From the IMG/VR virus record IMGVR_UViG_3300008122_000001, positions 55,706-119,705 of that record: a stretch of DNA of 64,000 nucleotides; one strand, written 5' to 3'. The notes beneath the pieces are model-generated. The model ran no database searches. It was not told the DNA's origin and saw only the letters and a list, made by a program, of their open reading frames with translations. Shown here in pieces: positions 10,264-20,733 of this stretch. This DNA is from a virus. Its lineage: Duplodnaviria; Heunggongvirae; Uroviricota; Caudoviricetes. Position numbers and translations under genes: made by a program. The stretch's first letter is position 1; each line of letters begins with the position of its first letter.

Positions 10264-12000
10264 TTAAATTTTATTTTGTGCTTTAAGAGCACTATGTAAT
10301 TTCTTCGCTACTTTTGAACCTTGGTCAAAAACAGTCTTTTTATACAATGCAGAAAATTCAGTTCTACTAAGTTTTCCTTTTACTCCATCAATTACTGTTT
10401 CTATATATTTATCAGCATCAGTTACTTCTAATACTGGTTCTACAGGATCATTCATTTCTGAAGCTGCTTGTGTAGGATCTACTTTAGCTGTAGGTTCTTT
10501 TAAGCTATCTTCTACTTTAAGTGGAGCTTCTTCTTTAGTTACAACAGGAGTAGCACTAAAAGTTAGATTTGCATGATCTTCTAAAGTCATTTTTAATTCT
10601 TGAACAGTTCTATCTTTAAGTTTTAAGAAATACTCAGATTTAGTATCTACTTTTGTAATTAATGCAATTTGATTCAATAAAGATTGTTTAAGTTCATCTG
10701 TAACTAGTTTATTTAAAGTGCCAGCACTTGTCAAATCTTCTTTAAAAGCTGCTATACGATCTTCATAAATCTTATTAGTTTTTACTTTTTCTTGCTGACT
10801 AACATAGTCTTTAAGTTGCATTAAGATATTTTGGAAAGAGCTGTCAAATACCGCTGTTAAACTATCAACAACTTCTAATACGAGTTTATTAGAGTCAGTA
10901 ATAGTTAAAGGAGCTTCAGTAGTAGGCTGTTCTGCCGTTTGTTCTACTGGTTCAGTTGTAGGTTCTAAAGTTACAGAGCTAACTTCTACATTTGCTAGTA
11001 TATTTTTAATTTCTTCTTCTGTTTTATCAGCAAAGATGTCAGCATAAGTAGTACCAAAAATTTCAATAAGAGAATTTTTATCTTCTGAATCTTCTAATTG
11101 AGATAGTAACGCATTTGTTACGTAAGTAGTTAATGGTGTATTATAAGGTAAATACTTATCTGCCGATAGCAAAAATTGACTATTTAAAGCATTTTCAATA
11201 TCAGTTTTATACTGATTTAAAAATTCAGAAAGATTCAATTCAGCAAGTACAGATTCAATGTTACCTAATTTCTCTTTTAAAGCGTCAAGAGATAGTTTCA
11301 TTAATTGTCCTTCTTCTATTAGTTCTATATTCCCCAACACTTGAGAATCAGTTATTATTAAACTGTTTGTTTCCCAATTAGCTGGAATTGTTTCAAAACT
11401 GATATGATCTACTTCAAAATTATCAGTAATAACACCGAAACATAATTCATTGTTTCCGTATCGTTGACCTAATTTATGACCACATTCTGCAATATGTTTA
11501 ACACATATACTACAGTATGCATCTAAAGCATCACCAGCTACTGATACTGTTCCTACACCGTTATCTTGTAACTCATGTATTTTATTAATATCATGTAACT
11601 TAGCTTTAGAGACTAGCACACCAAAACCAGTTTTATTTTGCTCATATTCTTTAGTTTTAATATATTTTTTTACATTAGAAACTAAATCTTTTTTATTTTT
11701 AGAATTAATAATATCATTGTAATAGCTAGAGGAAGTATTTGTTTCTATATACTTAGAATCATAAATATAACCTAGCGTTTTACTATAATGTTTTTTCTGT
11801 AATGGTTTATAAAATTTATTTAAAGATTCAGCACCATATGCCAATGCTTTAGGTAAATAAAATAAATAATTTCCATTCATAACACCAGCATGAGCTGCTT
11901 CTATTTTAATAGAAACGTTAGTGTTATTTTTTAAAGCATCTTCTACACTAAATGTAGAATTACTTATTTTTATATTTTCTTCAGATATTAGTTGCATCAT
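10264..12000 (-). CDS. prohead protease / scaffold fusion
   Basis: EAAHAGVMNGN, TVSVAG, CSIC...CGH, HISFETIPA protease region, then an acidic coiled-coil scaffold-like C-terminus. Confidence 0.75.
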   Translation of the reverse strand: MMQLISEENIKISNSTFSVEDALKNNTNVSIKIEAAHAGVMNGNYLFYLPKALAYGAESLNKFYKPLQKKHYSKTLGYIYDSKYIETNTSSSYYNDIINSKNKKDLVSNVKKYIKTKEYEQNKTGFGVLVSKAKLHDINKIHELQDNGVGTVSVAGDALDAYCSICVKHIAECGHKLGQRYGNNELCFGVITDNFEVDHISFETIPANWETNSLIITDSQVLGNIELIEEGQLMKLSLDALKEKLGNIESVLAELNLSEFLNQYKTDIENALNSQFLLSADKYLPYNTPLTTYVTNALLSQLEDSEDKNSLIEIFGTTYADIFADKTEEEIKNILANVEVSSVTLEPTTEPVEQTAEQPTTEAPLTITDSNKLVLEVVDSLTAVFDSSFQNILMQLKDYVSQQEKVKTNKIYEDRIAAFKEDLTSAGTLNKLVTDELKQSLLNQIALITKVDTKSEYFLKLKDRTVQELKMTLEDHANLTFSATPVVTKEEAPLKVEDSLKEPTAKVDPTQAASEMNDPVEPVLEVTDADKYIETVIDGVKGKLSRTEFSALYKKTVFDQGSKVAKKLHSALKAQNKI

Positions 12001-12020
12001 CCTTCCTTAATATTTTTTGG

Positions 12021-12049
12021 ATTCTAAAACATATAAAAAACCTTGTCAA
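12021..12049 (-). promoter_or_regulatory. sigma70-type promoter upstream of the protease-capsid operon
   Basis: minus strand TTGACA (12049-12044), 17-nt spacer, TAGAAT (12026-12021), 21 nt upstream of the ATG. Confidence 0.75.
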
Positions 12050-13662
12050 GTATTTTTTGTAATTAATTCAAATAATGTTTCTTCTACATAATTATTAACT
12101 AATTCCATACCTGATGTCAATAGTATGTTTTCTAAATTATTAAATACTTTTTCTAAATAATTGAGATTATTATCTACAATATCTTCAGGATAATATTGTT
12201 TTAAATTCTCTATAAAGTCATTAAAATCTTGTCTATAATAAGAGGTTATAGATTTATAATGAGTTATATTTAAACTATCAGCTACACTATGTTGGTTTTT
12301 AGGAGCAATAATATTATTACTAATACTAGATTGCACACTATTATTATTTTCTTTCCCTAGTAGTACACCTGGTCCTTTGTCTTCTAATTCAAATTCCATT
12401 TTCTGTAAAGCAGCTTCCTGACTTATTAACCCTGATTGATATAATAAAAGATAATGAGATTCAATTTTGATTCTTTTATCTAAATCAGGTTCTAAGAAAT
12501 TAATAGTTACTCTTTCTTCTGTAGGTATCCATTGTTCTCCTTTATAAAAAGGAGCTTCTAATAATAATTCATTAAAGATATAATTAGTTATGAAATTCTC
12601 AATAGTTTTTTGATAAGATCTAATATCCTCTCTCATAGAGTTAGATACTAGTTCTCCAGAAGTTCCTGAAATACCATGACCATTACCAAGGTCAGTTTCT
12701 GATATTGCTAACCCAGTAAGAACTCTTTGTTTAAAATAAGTAAGATAACTTTCTAATCTTAACGCTTGAGATTCTGCACCTAGATACTTAACATCAACAC
12801 GGTGGGGGACAGATGCACCTCCTTGTGTATCTATTTTATCAATTAGATCAGCATATACATCAATTTCACTAGATCCATCTCCTAATACTCTAGCTGGAGA
12901 TTTATCTGTACCAACTTGTACTAACATAAATGGATTAGCATGTCTATGTATAAGAGCTTCTGTATCTTGTTCGATACTTCTTAATAAGAAGATATCATCT
13001 TTAACTGCTTCTAAAGGAGGAGTACCAATAGTAATACCTACTCTTTTATTTTCAAACATGTGAAAAATATCGTCAGGTCTAAATTGTCTACTATATTTTT
13101 CAGTAATTCTATGTCTGTATTTTACTATTTGACCTGTCTTGACATTAGACGCAGTATCAATAGTAGGAGCAGCTAATACAAATAAACCTGCTATAGGCTT
13201 AATTTCCGCACCAGTATCTTTTTCTCTAATTAAGCCAGAAGAATATTCATCTTTTCTATATTTAAGTATAAAACAGTTATTAAAATTAACCATGTTTTCA
13301 ACTACTTCTACTAAGAAATCTCTAAAAGATTGAGAAGTAACACACTCAAATTCATCTAAACGTCTTTTAATATATGCTAAGTTTCTTTCATTTTTAGAAA
13401 GTAGTTGATACCCATTCTTTAATATTAGTTGGCGCTTCTTTCTAAAAGATGCTTGAACTAAAGCTTCAGTATCAATTATTCTAGCAGACTCAGATAAGTC
13501 ATACTCCATATCGTTGTATTCTTCTGGAGCGAAACCAGCTAACCTGTGCATTATGTATCTGTAGTTAGGTGTTTTATATTTCTTAAAATTAAGAGCCGAA
13601 CCAGCATCCTCAATACTAAAACGAGTAGAATTATTTATATTTGTTTCCAGTAAAACTGTCAT
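12046..13662 (-). CDS. portal protein
   Basis: 538 aa between terminase and protease; GTPPLEAVKDDIFLLRSIE portal-type helix motif. Confidence 0.8.
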   Translation of the reverse strand: MTVLLETNINNSTRFSIEDAGSALNFKKYKTPNYRYIMHRLAGFAPEEYNDMEYDLSESARIIDTEALVQASFRKKRQLILKNGYQLLSKNERNLAYIKRRLDEFECVTSQSFRDFLVEVVENMVNFNNCFILKYRKDEYSSGLIREKDTGAEIKPIAGLFVLAAPTIDTASNVKTGQIVKYRHRITEKYSRQFRPDDIFHMFENKRVGITIGTPPLEAVKDDIFLLRSIEQDTEALIHRHANPFMLVQVGTDKSPARVLGDGSSEIDVYADLIDKIDTQGGASVPHRVDVKYLGAESQALRLESYLTYFKQRVLTGLAISETDLGNGHGISGTSGELVSNSMREDIRSYQKTIENFITNYIFNELLLEAPFYKGEQWIPTEERVTINFLEPDLDKRIKIESHYLLLYQSGLISQEAALQKMEFELEDKGPGVLLGKENNNSVQSSISNNIIAPKNQHSVADSLNITHYKSITSYYRQDFNDFIENLKQYYPEDIVDNNLNYLEKVFNNLENILLTSGMELVNNYVEETLFELITKNT

Positions 13663-13673
13663 CTATTCACCTT

Positions 13674-15311
13674 TTATTTCTTAATGTCATTTAATATACT
13701 TAGTACATCATCTATTGACTTACAAGCTAATTTTGACTGTGTTTTATTATTCCTAATTGTTTCTTCTAATAAAGGAGAAAGACCTTTTAATCCTATAGGA
13801 TTAACTACATTGTTAATAACTTCTTCTGTAGTCTCTTCTTCAGGAGGTGTAGGTTTAGTATAAATCAAGTCAACTATATTATTAATTGTGTCAGTTTGTT
13901 CTACACTAGGTTTTTTAAAGGTATATGTAGTACTAGGAGCATCAATACTTGTTCTATCTTGTTCTTCTTGTAATTGTTTTTTAGCTACTTCTATGATTCT
14001 TGGTAGTGTATGAGATGATACAAAATCATCTATAGAACAGTCAAGTAAATCTAATTTAGGTAAAGTTGTAGCTAAAGGCTTATCATATATTATAACTTCT
14101 AAAGCAGAGTCTGAGCTGTCTATAATTTCAACTATTGATTGATTATTATCTGAAATAATATCTTTAATTAATAAGTCTGAAATATCTTCTTCAGATAGAT
14201 TATTAATAGCTGAAGGTGTTTTACAAGCTTGTTCTCTTAAATCTTTTTTAACTAAAGATAATACAAGAGAACTTAACATATTAATAACTTGAATTAAATT
14301 ATTAATCATTTTAATAGAGTCTTCTACATCCATACCACTACGTTTACTTTCACACTCAAAGTAAGTTTGAAAACCTAACAAAGATTGTATGTAATTATTT
14401 AACTCATCTAATGAAAGATCTATTACATTATTGATTAAAGTAAATCCTTCATTAATTTGAGACTCAGCATTATTTAATTCATTATCAATAGTATTAATAT
14501 TTACTGTATTAGTATTTATAGTATCATTTAATTTGTTTAACATATCTGATCTTAAAAGATTAGTATTAAGATCATTACCGTCTTGATCCGAAAAACCTAA
14601 AGCAATTCTTTCTTGTTCTGAAAGTTTTTTAGCAATATTTTGTTGAGTAGGAATAGCTAAAGCTATCTCTTGTAAAGTATTTACTAAACAAGAAATATTA
14701 GTACTTCCTATGTTAACTGTTATCTTTAAAGATTGTGTTATTTTACTTAATAATGTTGATAGTACACCTTTTATAAAAGCACTTACAGAAATATTAGATA
14801 ATTTCTTTAATGTCATAATAGAGACAAAAGCTGTTAACAATAATGTTATTAATCTGATTATATCAGGTACACAAGAACTTTGTAAAGCAAATGCAGGCTG
14901 ACACAGATCTATCTTATCTACTCTAAATATTGATTTAAATAAATCTGTTTGAGCTTTTAGTGTAGCCATTACAGCATTAAGATCCATATCAAAATCAAGA
15001 TCTGGTATTTTTAAATCACATTGAAAACACTTGTCTTTTAAATCTGAGATAATATCGTTAATAGTATCTAGTATATCTTCGCCACTATCAGTATTTTCTT
15101 CTTTATCTAGTAAATCATTAGTATCACTTACATTATTTACAAGGTCTTCTAAATCTTTAATAGTATTATCTATCTCTTGATGAAGACCAATACTTAACAT
15201 TAATAAACAATTATTATCTTCCATAGTTTTAGAAAATGCATTAGATATTAATTGTGCATTATATAGAACATCATTAACATCAACACTATTAGAGGTATAT
15301 TTAAATTCCAT
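13674..15311 (-). CDS. hypothetical helical virion-associated protein
   Basis: 545-aa ORF; scattered Cys, Asn/Asp-rich. Confidence 0.55.
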   Translation of the reverse strand: MEFKYTSNSVDVNDVLYNAQLISNAFSKTMEDNNCLLMLSIGLHQEIDNTIKDLEDLVNNVSDTNDLLDKEENTDSGEDILDTINDIISDLKDKCFQCDLKIPDLDFDMDLNAVMATLKAQTDLFKSIFRVDKIDLCQPAFALQSSCVPDIIRLITLLLTAFVSIMTLKKLSNISVSAFIKGVLSTLLSKITQSLKITVNIGSTNISCLVNTLQEIALAIPTQQNIAKKLSEQERIALGFSDQDGNDLNTNLLRSDMLNKLNDTINTNTVNINTIDNELNNAESQINEGFTLINNVIDLSLDELNNYIQSLLGFQTYFECESKRSGMDVEDSIKMINNLIQVINMLSSLVLSLVKKDLREQACKTPSAINNLSEEDISDLLIKDIISDNNQSIVEIIDSSDSALEVIIYDKPLATTLPKLDLLDCSIDDFVSSHTLPRIIEVAKKQLQEEQDRTSIDAPSTTYTFKKPSVEQTDTINNIVDLIYTKPTPPEEETTEEVINNVVNPIGLKGLSPLLEETIRNNKTQSKLACKSIDDVLSILNDIKK

Positions 15312-15312
15312 A

Positions 15313-15831
15313 TTAACTACCTACTCCAGCCTTTAAAGAATCTTGTAAAACAGGAGCTAATCTAGGTATAAGAGTTAAAGGTATTTCTTTCATTCTTCTA
15401 ATAGTAGGAACTATAGAACCTTCAGAAGCTTTACTTACTGTTATTCTATTCCCTGAGTAGTTAGGTTCAGTTAAAGTAGTATTAACATATATTGGATAAT
15501 TAATAGCAGACCACTTTATAGCTTTACTTTGAACAGGTGTTAAAGTAGTAAGAGGAATAGGTACTGCAAGACTATGACCAGTTACTGAATGTCCGTGAGC
15601 AGGTATCTTATGAGTATGTGTAGAAATTAACTGCATTTGTTTAGTTAATCTTTGATCTACAGATCTCATCCAATTTGTTAAATCAGTTATATAATTTCTA
15701 ATATCAGGATGAGAAGTAAAATCTTCTGCTGCATATTGATAAATCTGCATATAACTTTCAGCGACTTGCTTCTTAGCATAATCATTTTGAGTTTGATTTG
15801 TAAAAGCATTAGCGTTTAAATTTACAGCCAT
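15313..15831 (-). CDS. hypothetical structural protein with HxH-repeat motif
   Basis: THTHKIPAHGHSVTGHS, resembling the metal-binding HxH of spike tips. Confidence 0.5.
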   Translation of the reverse strand: MAVNLNANAFTNQTQNDYAKKQVAESYMQIYQYAAEDFTSHPDIRNYITDLTNWMRSVDQRLTKQMQLISTHTHKIPAHGHSVTGHSLAVPIPLTTLTPVQSKAIKWSAINYPIYVNTTLTEPNYSGNRITVSKASEGSIVPTIRRMKEIPLTLIPRLAPVLQDSLKAGVGS

Positions 15832-16124
15832 TATAATACCTCTTTAGCTTTTTCTTTCCCTAATGTTCTTATTAGATTTAAGGTAGCACAATACATATCA
15901 TACGTAATAGAAGAATTACCAGTTTTTGATATATATGTTGGACCAAATATTAATAATATAGCATTAATTAATTCAGGATTGTTATTTTTATCTATATGTA
16001 TTCTTATTTTTGATAACTTAGATCTAAGTTCATCACTTACTTCATATGCATCATTTAATGTCTCTAAAACTTCTTTTTGAGTTACACCATTACTTTCTTT
16101 TAAATTAAGGTTGGTTTGTATCAT
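15831..16124 (-). CDS. hypothetical protein
   Basis: ORF overlapping both neighbours by 1-4 nt. Confidence 0.6.
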   Translation of the reverse strand: MIQTNLNLKESNGVTQKEVLETLNDAYEVSDELRSKLSKIRIHIDKNNNPELINAILLIFGPTYISKTGNSSITYDMYCATLNLIRTLGKEKAKEVL

Positions 16125-16531
16125 ACTTCTATAACCTTGTCAAGTATTTCTATTTTAATGTTTAAATCAGCACTTAATCCATTATTGTTTTTAGATGTTA
16201 ATAGTATATCTAAAGGTATAGCATTATCAAATAGAGGAAGATTATTAACATTAATAAATACACTATCTTGATTCAATACAAAATCTTCTTTATCTTTATT
16301 AACTGATATTTTACAATCAAACCCTAAAGCATTTAAACCAGTAGTAGAAACATTAAAATAAAAGGTTTTATTATGAAAGTCATTAGAGTACAAATAAAAC
16401 CTTCTACTTTTAGATTCAAAAGGAGTTATTGCTAACTCCTGTGTAGTAACTTCACTTAATTTATTGTTAACATCCATATAACAAAAAACATACTGTTTAT
16501 ATTCACTATTAAAATTAGTATTAAGTAGCAT
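16121..16531 (-). CDS. hypothetical protein, paralogue of 16521-16943
   Basis: shared pattern (R/K)R(F/L)YL...IPLDIL(L/V)...L(N/E)I(K/R)I. Confidence 0.6.
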   Translation of the reverse strand: MLLNTNFNSEYKQYVFCYMDVNNKLSEVTTQELAITPFESKSRRFYLYSNDFHNKTFYFNVSTTGLNALGFDCKISVNKDKEDFVLNQDSVFINVNNLPLFDNAIPLDILLTSKNNNGLSADLNIKIEILDKVIEV

Positions 16532-16943
16532 CGGGTTCTCCTACAGTTATTCTTATCTCTAAGTTTACTGTTTCATAAGTAGTATTAGTAGATATTACTA
16601 AAATATCTAATGGTATACTATTTAAATGAGTATTAGTTAAAGTACAATATACTCTATTAGTACTGTCACTGAAGTCGCTTATATTATTAAAAGAATCTAG
16701 CAAATTAAGTTTTACTTCATAATCTGATACTTCTCCAAAAGAATTTACAAAAGCTTCTACTTTTATAATATCTCTATAGATTAAGTCACCTATTAAGTAT
16801 AACCTTTTATACTTTGTAGAATAAGGAGACAAAGAGAAGTATAAACTATCTTCATTAACTTCTTTAAGTACTTCATCTTCTTCATCATAATAAGCTAAAG
16901 CTATTGAATTTATATTCTCATTTGTATTTATTATTTCACTCAA
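16521..16943 (-). CDS. hypothetical protein, paralogue of 16121-16531
   Basis: same motif pattern as the adjacent gene. Confidence 0.6.
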   Translation of the reverse strand: MSEIINTNENINSIALAYYDEEDEVLKEVNEDSLYFSLSPYSTKYKRLYLIGDLIYRDIIKVEAFVNSFGEVSDYEVKLNLLDSFNNISDFSDSTNRVYCTLTNTHLNSIPLDILVISTNTTYETVNLEIRITVGEPDAT

Positions 16944-18793
16944 AATCTACCCCTATCTCTTCTATTGAAACCACCAGATCTACTACTACTTAAGTTTTCA
17001 GTCCTTTTATTATTTTGACTTTTTCTACCAAAACTAATACCAAATAACATATTTGTGACTTCGTCAAAATCTGATTCTTCTTTGTTTTCATCATTTTTAT
17101 CTACAAACTTTATAAGAGCTTGAGTAGATTCACTTATAAAAATACTTGAGTAGGTTTTTTTCATTCCAAATAATGCAATCATTATAGCATCAAGATCATG
17201 ATCACCCACTTTAGCTGATAAGTATCCATAAGTTATTTTACCTTTATTTCTACTTTTTTCTACATAGTTTTTAAACTGTTTAATAATATCATGATCTTCT
17301 TTAGGATGTAAAGCTATTAAATCTTTTTCTAATACTTCAACAGCATTCATTACAGCCATTTGTTTAGTAGGGTGTTTAACAATCTCTCCAGTTACGGGAT
17401 CTTGTACTTCTGTACTACTACCATAATCAATAGCTAACATATCTAATAATTTAAGATCTGGATGACCTTTAGGTATAGTTCCTACTTGAGCTAATGCAAA
17501 CTGTTTAATATTTGCTATTTGAGTAGTACCGAATCCTTTATCCACAAAGATGTGTTCACAATTATACTTTCTATTTAATCTGATAATCTTATCTTGAGCA
17601 GCATGTTGAGTTTTACCTTCAATAGCTACTATCTCTTTATCAATTATATAGAATTGAGGTTCTATTTTATCATAAGCTAATACAATAATTCTAGTACCTA
17701 CTTTATCATGGTTCCAGTCAACACCAATAGTAACTATATATCTAGATCTGTCCGCTATTACATCTAAAGCAGTTACAAATTTTATTTTATTTTGTGCTCT
17801 ATTTAAGAACATAGATTGGAATACTTGGTCGTTAGCTACACCAATAATAGCCATAACTTCTTGTACATAACCAATACCGTCACCCATTTCATGTCTTAAA
17901 GATGCATCCATCTTATCATCGTAGTGAGGAATAACATAAGAAGGGTAATGAAAGCATTTGTTCATAGGATCTTGTTCTGCCCTATTTAAGTTTCTTTCCC
18001 CTTTAGGTGTACCTGATCTCCAAACTTTAACATCAGGTACAGACATTTTAATAGCCATGACAGATACAATAGCAGCTTCAGGAATATCGTCTACTTCGTC
18101 TAATACAATTCTGTTTGCTGTTTGACCACGAACAGAGTCAGCGTTAGTCGCAGCAGTAAATCCCATTAAAACTGAACCGTTATGGAAATTAATTTCCCAA
18201 ACTGGAGTTTGTTTAGAAGATTTAACAGGATTATCTGGTAATCTAGAACAAAGATCTAAGAAAGTTTTTATTACTTCACCAGTTTGTACTGCATAAGGTG
18301 AAACAACTAGTACTCTATATTTATCATTAACAAGCATTTCATGAACCATCATAAGAGCCATCATATATGTTTTACCGCTACGACGACCTACACGAATTAC
18401 CTTAGATTGAGCAGAACAAGCAGATATAATTTTTTGATACCAACGATCTTCAAGTTGTTTCTTTTTACCAATATCTAAAAAAGTATCCATATATACATAA
18501 GGATCATATAAAGCATCTAATTCTGCTTTTTCTTCTTCAGTTAATGTTTCCACAATTTGATCAAATAGCTGTTTACCTAACTTATTCTCTGCTCTGTTTA
18601 TTCCAGTACAAGGTATTACTTGTTGTCCATGTTTTTTAATTTGTTCATTTATACAGAGTTCACACATCTTATTCGGATCTTTATTGTATTCGTTATCTCT
18701 TAAATAATCTTTCCAATATGTTTCCGAAAGTTTCATTACCTGACTTTCTTCTTCAGATTCTTCTATTTGAACTATCTCTAATTTTTCTGTCAT
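16940..18793 (-). CDS. terL: terminase large subunit
   Basis: Walker A GRRSGKT, Walker B IVLDEVD, coupling SGTP, nuclease IGVDWN and DHDLDA. Confidence 0.92.
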   Translation of the reverse strand: MTEKLEIVQIEESEEESQVMKLSETYWKDYLRDNEYNKDPNKMCELCINEQIKKHGQQVIPCTGINRAENKLGKQLFDQIVETLTEEEKAELDALYDPYVYMDTFLDIGKKKQLEDRWYQKIISACSAQSKVIRVGRRSGKTYMMALMMVHEMLVNDKYRVLVVSPYAVQTGEVIKTFLDLCSRLPDNPVKSSKQTPVWEINFHNGSVLMGFTAATNADSVRGQTANRIVLDEVDDIPEAAIVSVMAIKMSVPDVKVWRSGTPKGERNLNRAEQDPMNKCFHYPSYVIPHYDDKMDASLRHEMGDGIGYVQEVMAIIGVANDQVFQSMFLNRAQNKIKFVTALDVIADRSRYIVTIGVDWNHDKVGTRIIVLAYDKIEPQFYIIDKEIVAIEGKTQHAAQDKIIRLNRKYNCEHIFVDKGFGTTQIANIKQFALAQVGTIPKGHPDLKLLDMLAIDYGSSTEVQDPVTGEIVKHPTKQMAVMNAVEVLEKDLIALHPKEDHDIIKQFKNYVEKSRNKGKITYGYLSAKVGDHDLDAIMIALFGMKKTYSSIFISESTQALIKFVDKNDENKEESDFDEVTNMLFGISFGRKSQNNKRTENLSSSRSGGFNRRDRGRF

Positions 18794-18806
18794 TTATATT
18801 TATCCT

Positions 18807-20726
18807 TTATATTGCTCCTGTAAGAACAGAAGCTTCATTTCCTAAAAGTAATCCTCTATCATTTAACCCAGATTTAGCTAATTTTTGTAAAGAAGCTTGT
18901 CTTGCAGTTAAGGATTGTCTTGTATCAACTTGAGTTACACTAGCTTCTTTAGTTGCAGCCTTCTTAGCAAACCCTCTAATCTTGGATTCATTAGAAGTGA
19001 TATCTCTAATACCTCCAATTAAAGCAACGCCTGCTCCATAACCTAAAGCCATACCAGTTACACCACCAATACCTAATCCAGCTATTCTGGCTAAACTATT
19101 AGCTTTGGTAATACCACCACCAAGAGCAGCACCTACTCTCCAACCTGCTAAAGATGTACCCATAGAAAAAATATCTTCAAATATTTGACCAGCATCGTCT
19201 TTATTGTAGATACCTAAACCTAATTGTAAAGCACCTAATCCAGGAACCATAGCACCAGAGAGTTTACCAAAACCTCTAGCTTGTGCTGCTTGCATTCTTT
19301 GAGCTTTATTCATAATACCGAAAGATTCTCCTATAGCTTGCATAGCACTAGCTCCACCAACTCCTAAAGGATTCATAAAACTAGCTGTTCTAGATAAGTG
19401 TTCAATTCTAGAAGCTTTAACAGAGTTCATAAAACCAAGTCCATAACCACTTGTACCAAAAGAGGGAGTAAAATCTTTAGTTTGATAAGGAGATCCAAAA
19501 TTAACAGATCTGTTAGTTACATGATAACTATCAAACATACCTGTATTTTCAGCTATAGCACTGTTTACATCTGATAGTTCCCTTTTAGGGAAAGCAATAC
19601 CTGATCTTTCAACACTTCCTCTAGGGTTACTATTAGAGTTACCAGTTTTTGAAAAGACTTGATCATATAATTGTACTCTTCTTTCATGTAAATCACCAAA
19701 AGATTCTGCAACAGATTTTGGCATTGGTAAAGCGTCTAAATTAATTCTAGATGCACCAAAATTACCATCTATTCTTCTTATTCTTTCTGTTAATTCTTCT
19801 TGCATAGAAGTTAAAGCACTTACTTCTTCTTTATCTAGTGGATTAAAAAATCTCTTTACATTATTCTGAGCATCACTTAGTCTTTTTTCTACTTCTTTTA
19901 ATTGTAAAGAATCTCTCTCTTTAATACTACCTAGTAAATCATTACCATACAGAGCGTTTCTTTCTGGTGGTCCTTGAATTAATGCTTTACCATCCTTACC
20001 TTTTAAATTATGCTTAACATAATTTAAATTATCTCCCATGTCAAATGGATTAACATTAGCACCATATTCTCTAACAGATTTTGCTGTTTCGTCAATGTGC
20101 ATCTGCTTCCAATCTCTTAGATTTTTAGCACCGACTCTTTCTCTATGTCCTCTAGTACTCTCATTATATAAATTTTTAAAGCTTCTTTTAAAATAACCAT
20201 CAGACCCTTTTATTTTAAGATCTCTATCATTAGTGTCTATCTTATTAGAAAGATAATCTATATTAATATTGTCTTTAGAAATAGGGTTATATCCAGTTAC
20301 TTCTGAATTACCTATAATATTACCCATTCTACCTAACATTGTTTGTTTAGTTTGTACACCCATTGCAGAAGCAGTTAATGTATCTCTAAAAGTATTAGGT
20401 AAATCAGAACTTAATTTTCTTAAAAAACCATCATAGGCGTTTTTTAAAGGATTATATACTTTATTATTAAGTTTGTCTTTAATGGTTTCATCTTTTGGAT
20501 TAAATGTAGTTTTAAATGGTGCTTTCTTAGACTTATAAGGAGAATATTTATAACCTTTTAATGATCTATTATTTAAATCTGAAGAAGCTATCTTATCTTT
20601 TACAACTGATTTTTTATATTCTTTCCTATCAGTATATCCACTGTTTTTAAAATCTTCTTCAAAGTTTATTCTTTTTAAAGATGGTGCATATTCTGTTAAA
20701 AAACTACTATCTATATTTTCAAACAT
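18807..20726 (-). CDS. putative internal/ejected virion protein with Gly-rich hydrophobic C-terminus
   Basis: 639 aa; C-terminal GLGIGGVTGMALGYGAGVALIGG glycine-zipper-like segments. Confidence 0.5.
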   Translation of the reverse strand: MFENIDSSFLTEYAPSLKRINFEEDFKNSGYTDRKEYKKSVVKDKIASSDLNNRSLKGYKYSPYKSKKAPFKTTFNPKDETIKDKLNNKVYNPLKNAYDGFLRKLSSDLPNTFRDTLTASAMGVQTKQTMLGRMGNIIGNSEVTGYNPISKDNINIDYLSNKIDTNDRDLKIKGSDGYFKRSFKNLYNESTRGHRERVGAKNLRDWKQMHIDETAKSVREYGANVNPFDMGDNLNYVKHNLKGKDGKALIQGPPERNALYGNDLLGSIKERDSLQLKEVEKRLSDAQNNVKRFFNPLDKEEVSALTSMQEELTERIRRIDGNFGASRINLDALPMPKSVAESFGDLHERRVQLYDQVFSKTGNSNSNPRGSVERSGIAFPKRELSDVNSAIAENTGMFDSYHVTNRSVNFGSPYQTKDFTPSFGTSGYGLGFMNSVKASRIEHLSRTASFMNPLGVGGASAMQAIGESFGIMNKAQRMQAAQARGFGKLSGAMVPGLGALQLGLGIYNKDDAGQIFEDIFSMGTSLAGWRVGAALGGGITKANSLARIAGLGIGGVTGMALGYGAGVALIGGIRDITSNESKIRGFAKKAATKEASVTQVDTRQSLTARQASLQKLAKSGLNDRGLLLGNEASVLTGAI

Positions 20727-20733
20727 ATTTTCC

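Noticed and set aside
16940-18793. Intein or intron in the large terminase
   Set aside because: The ATPase and nuclease motifs are spaced normally, and there is no Hint-type C...HN signature.
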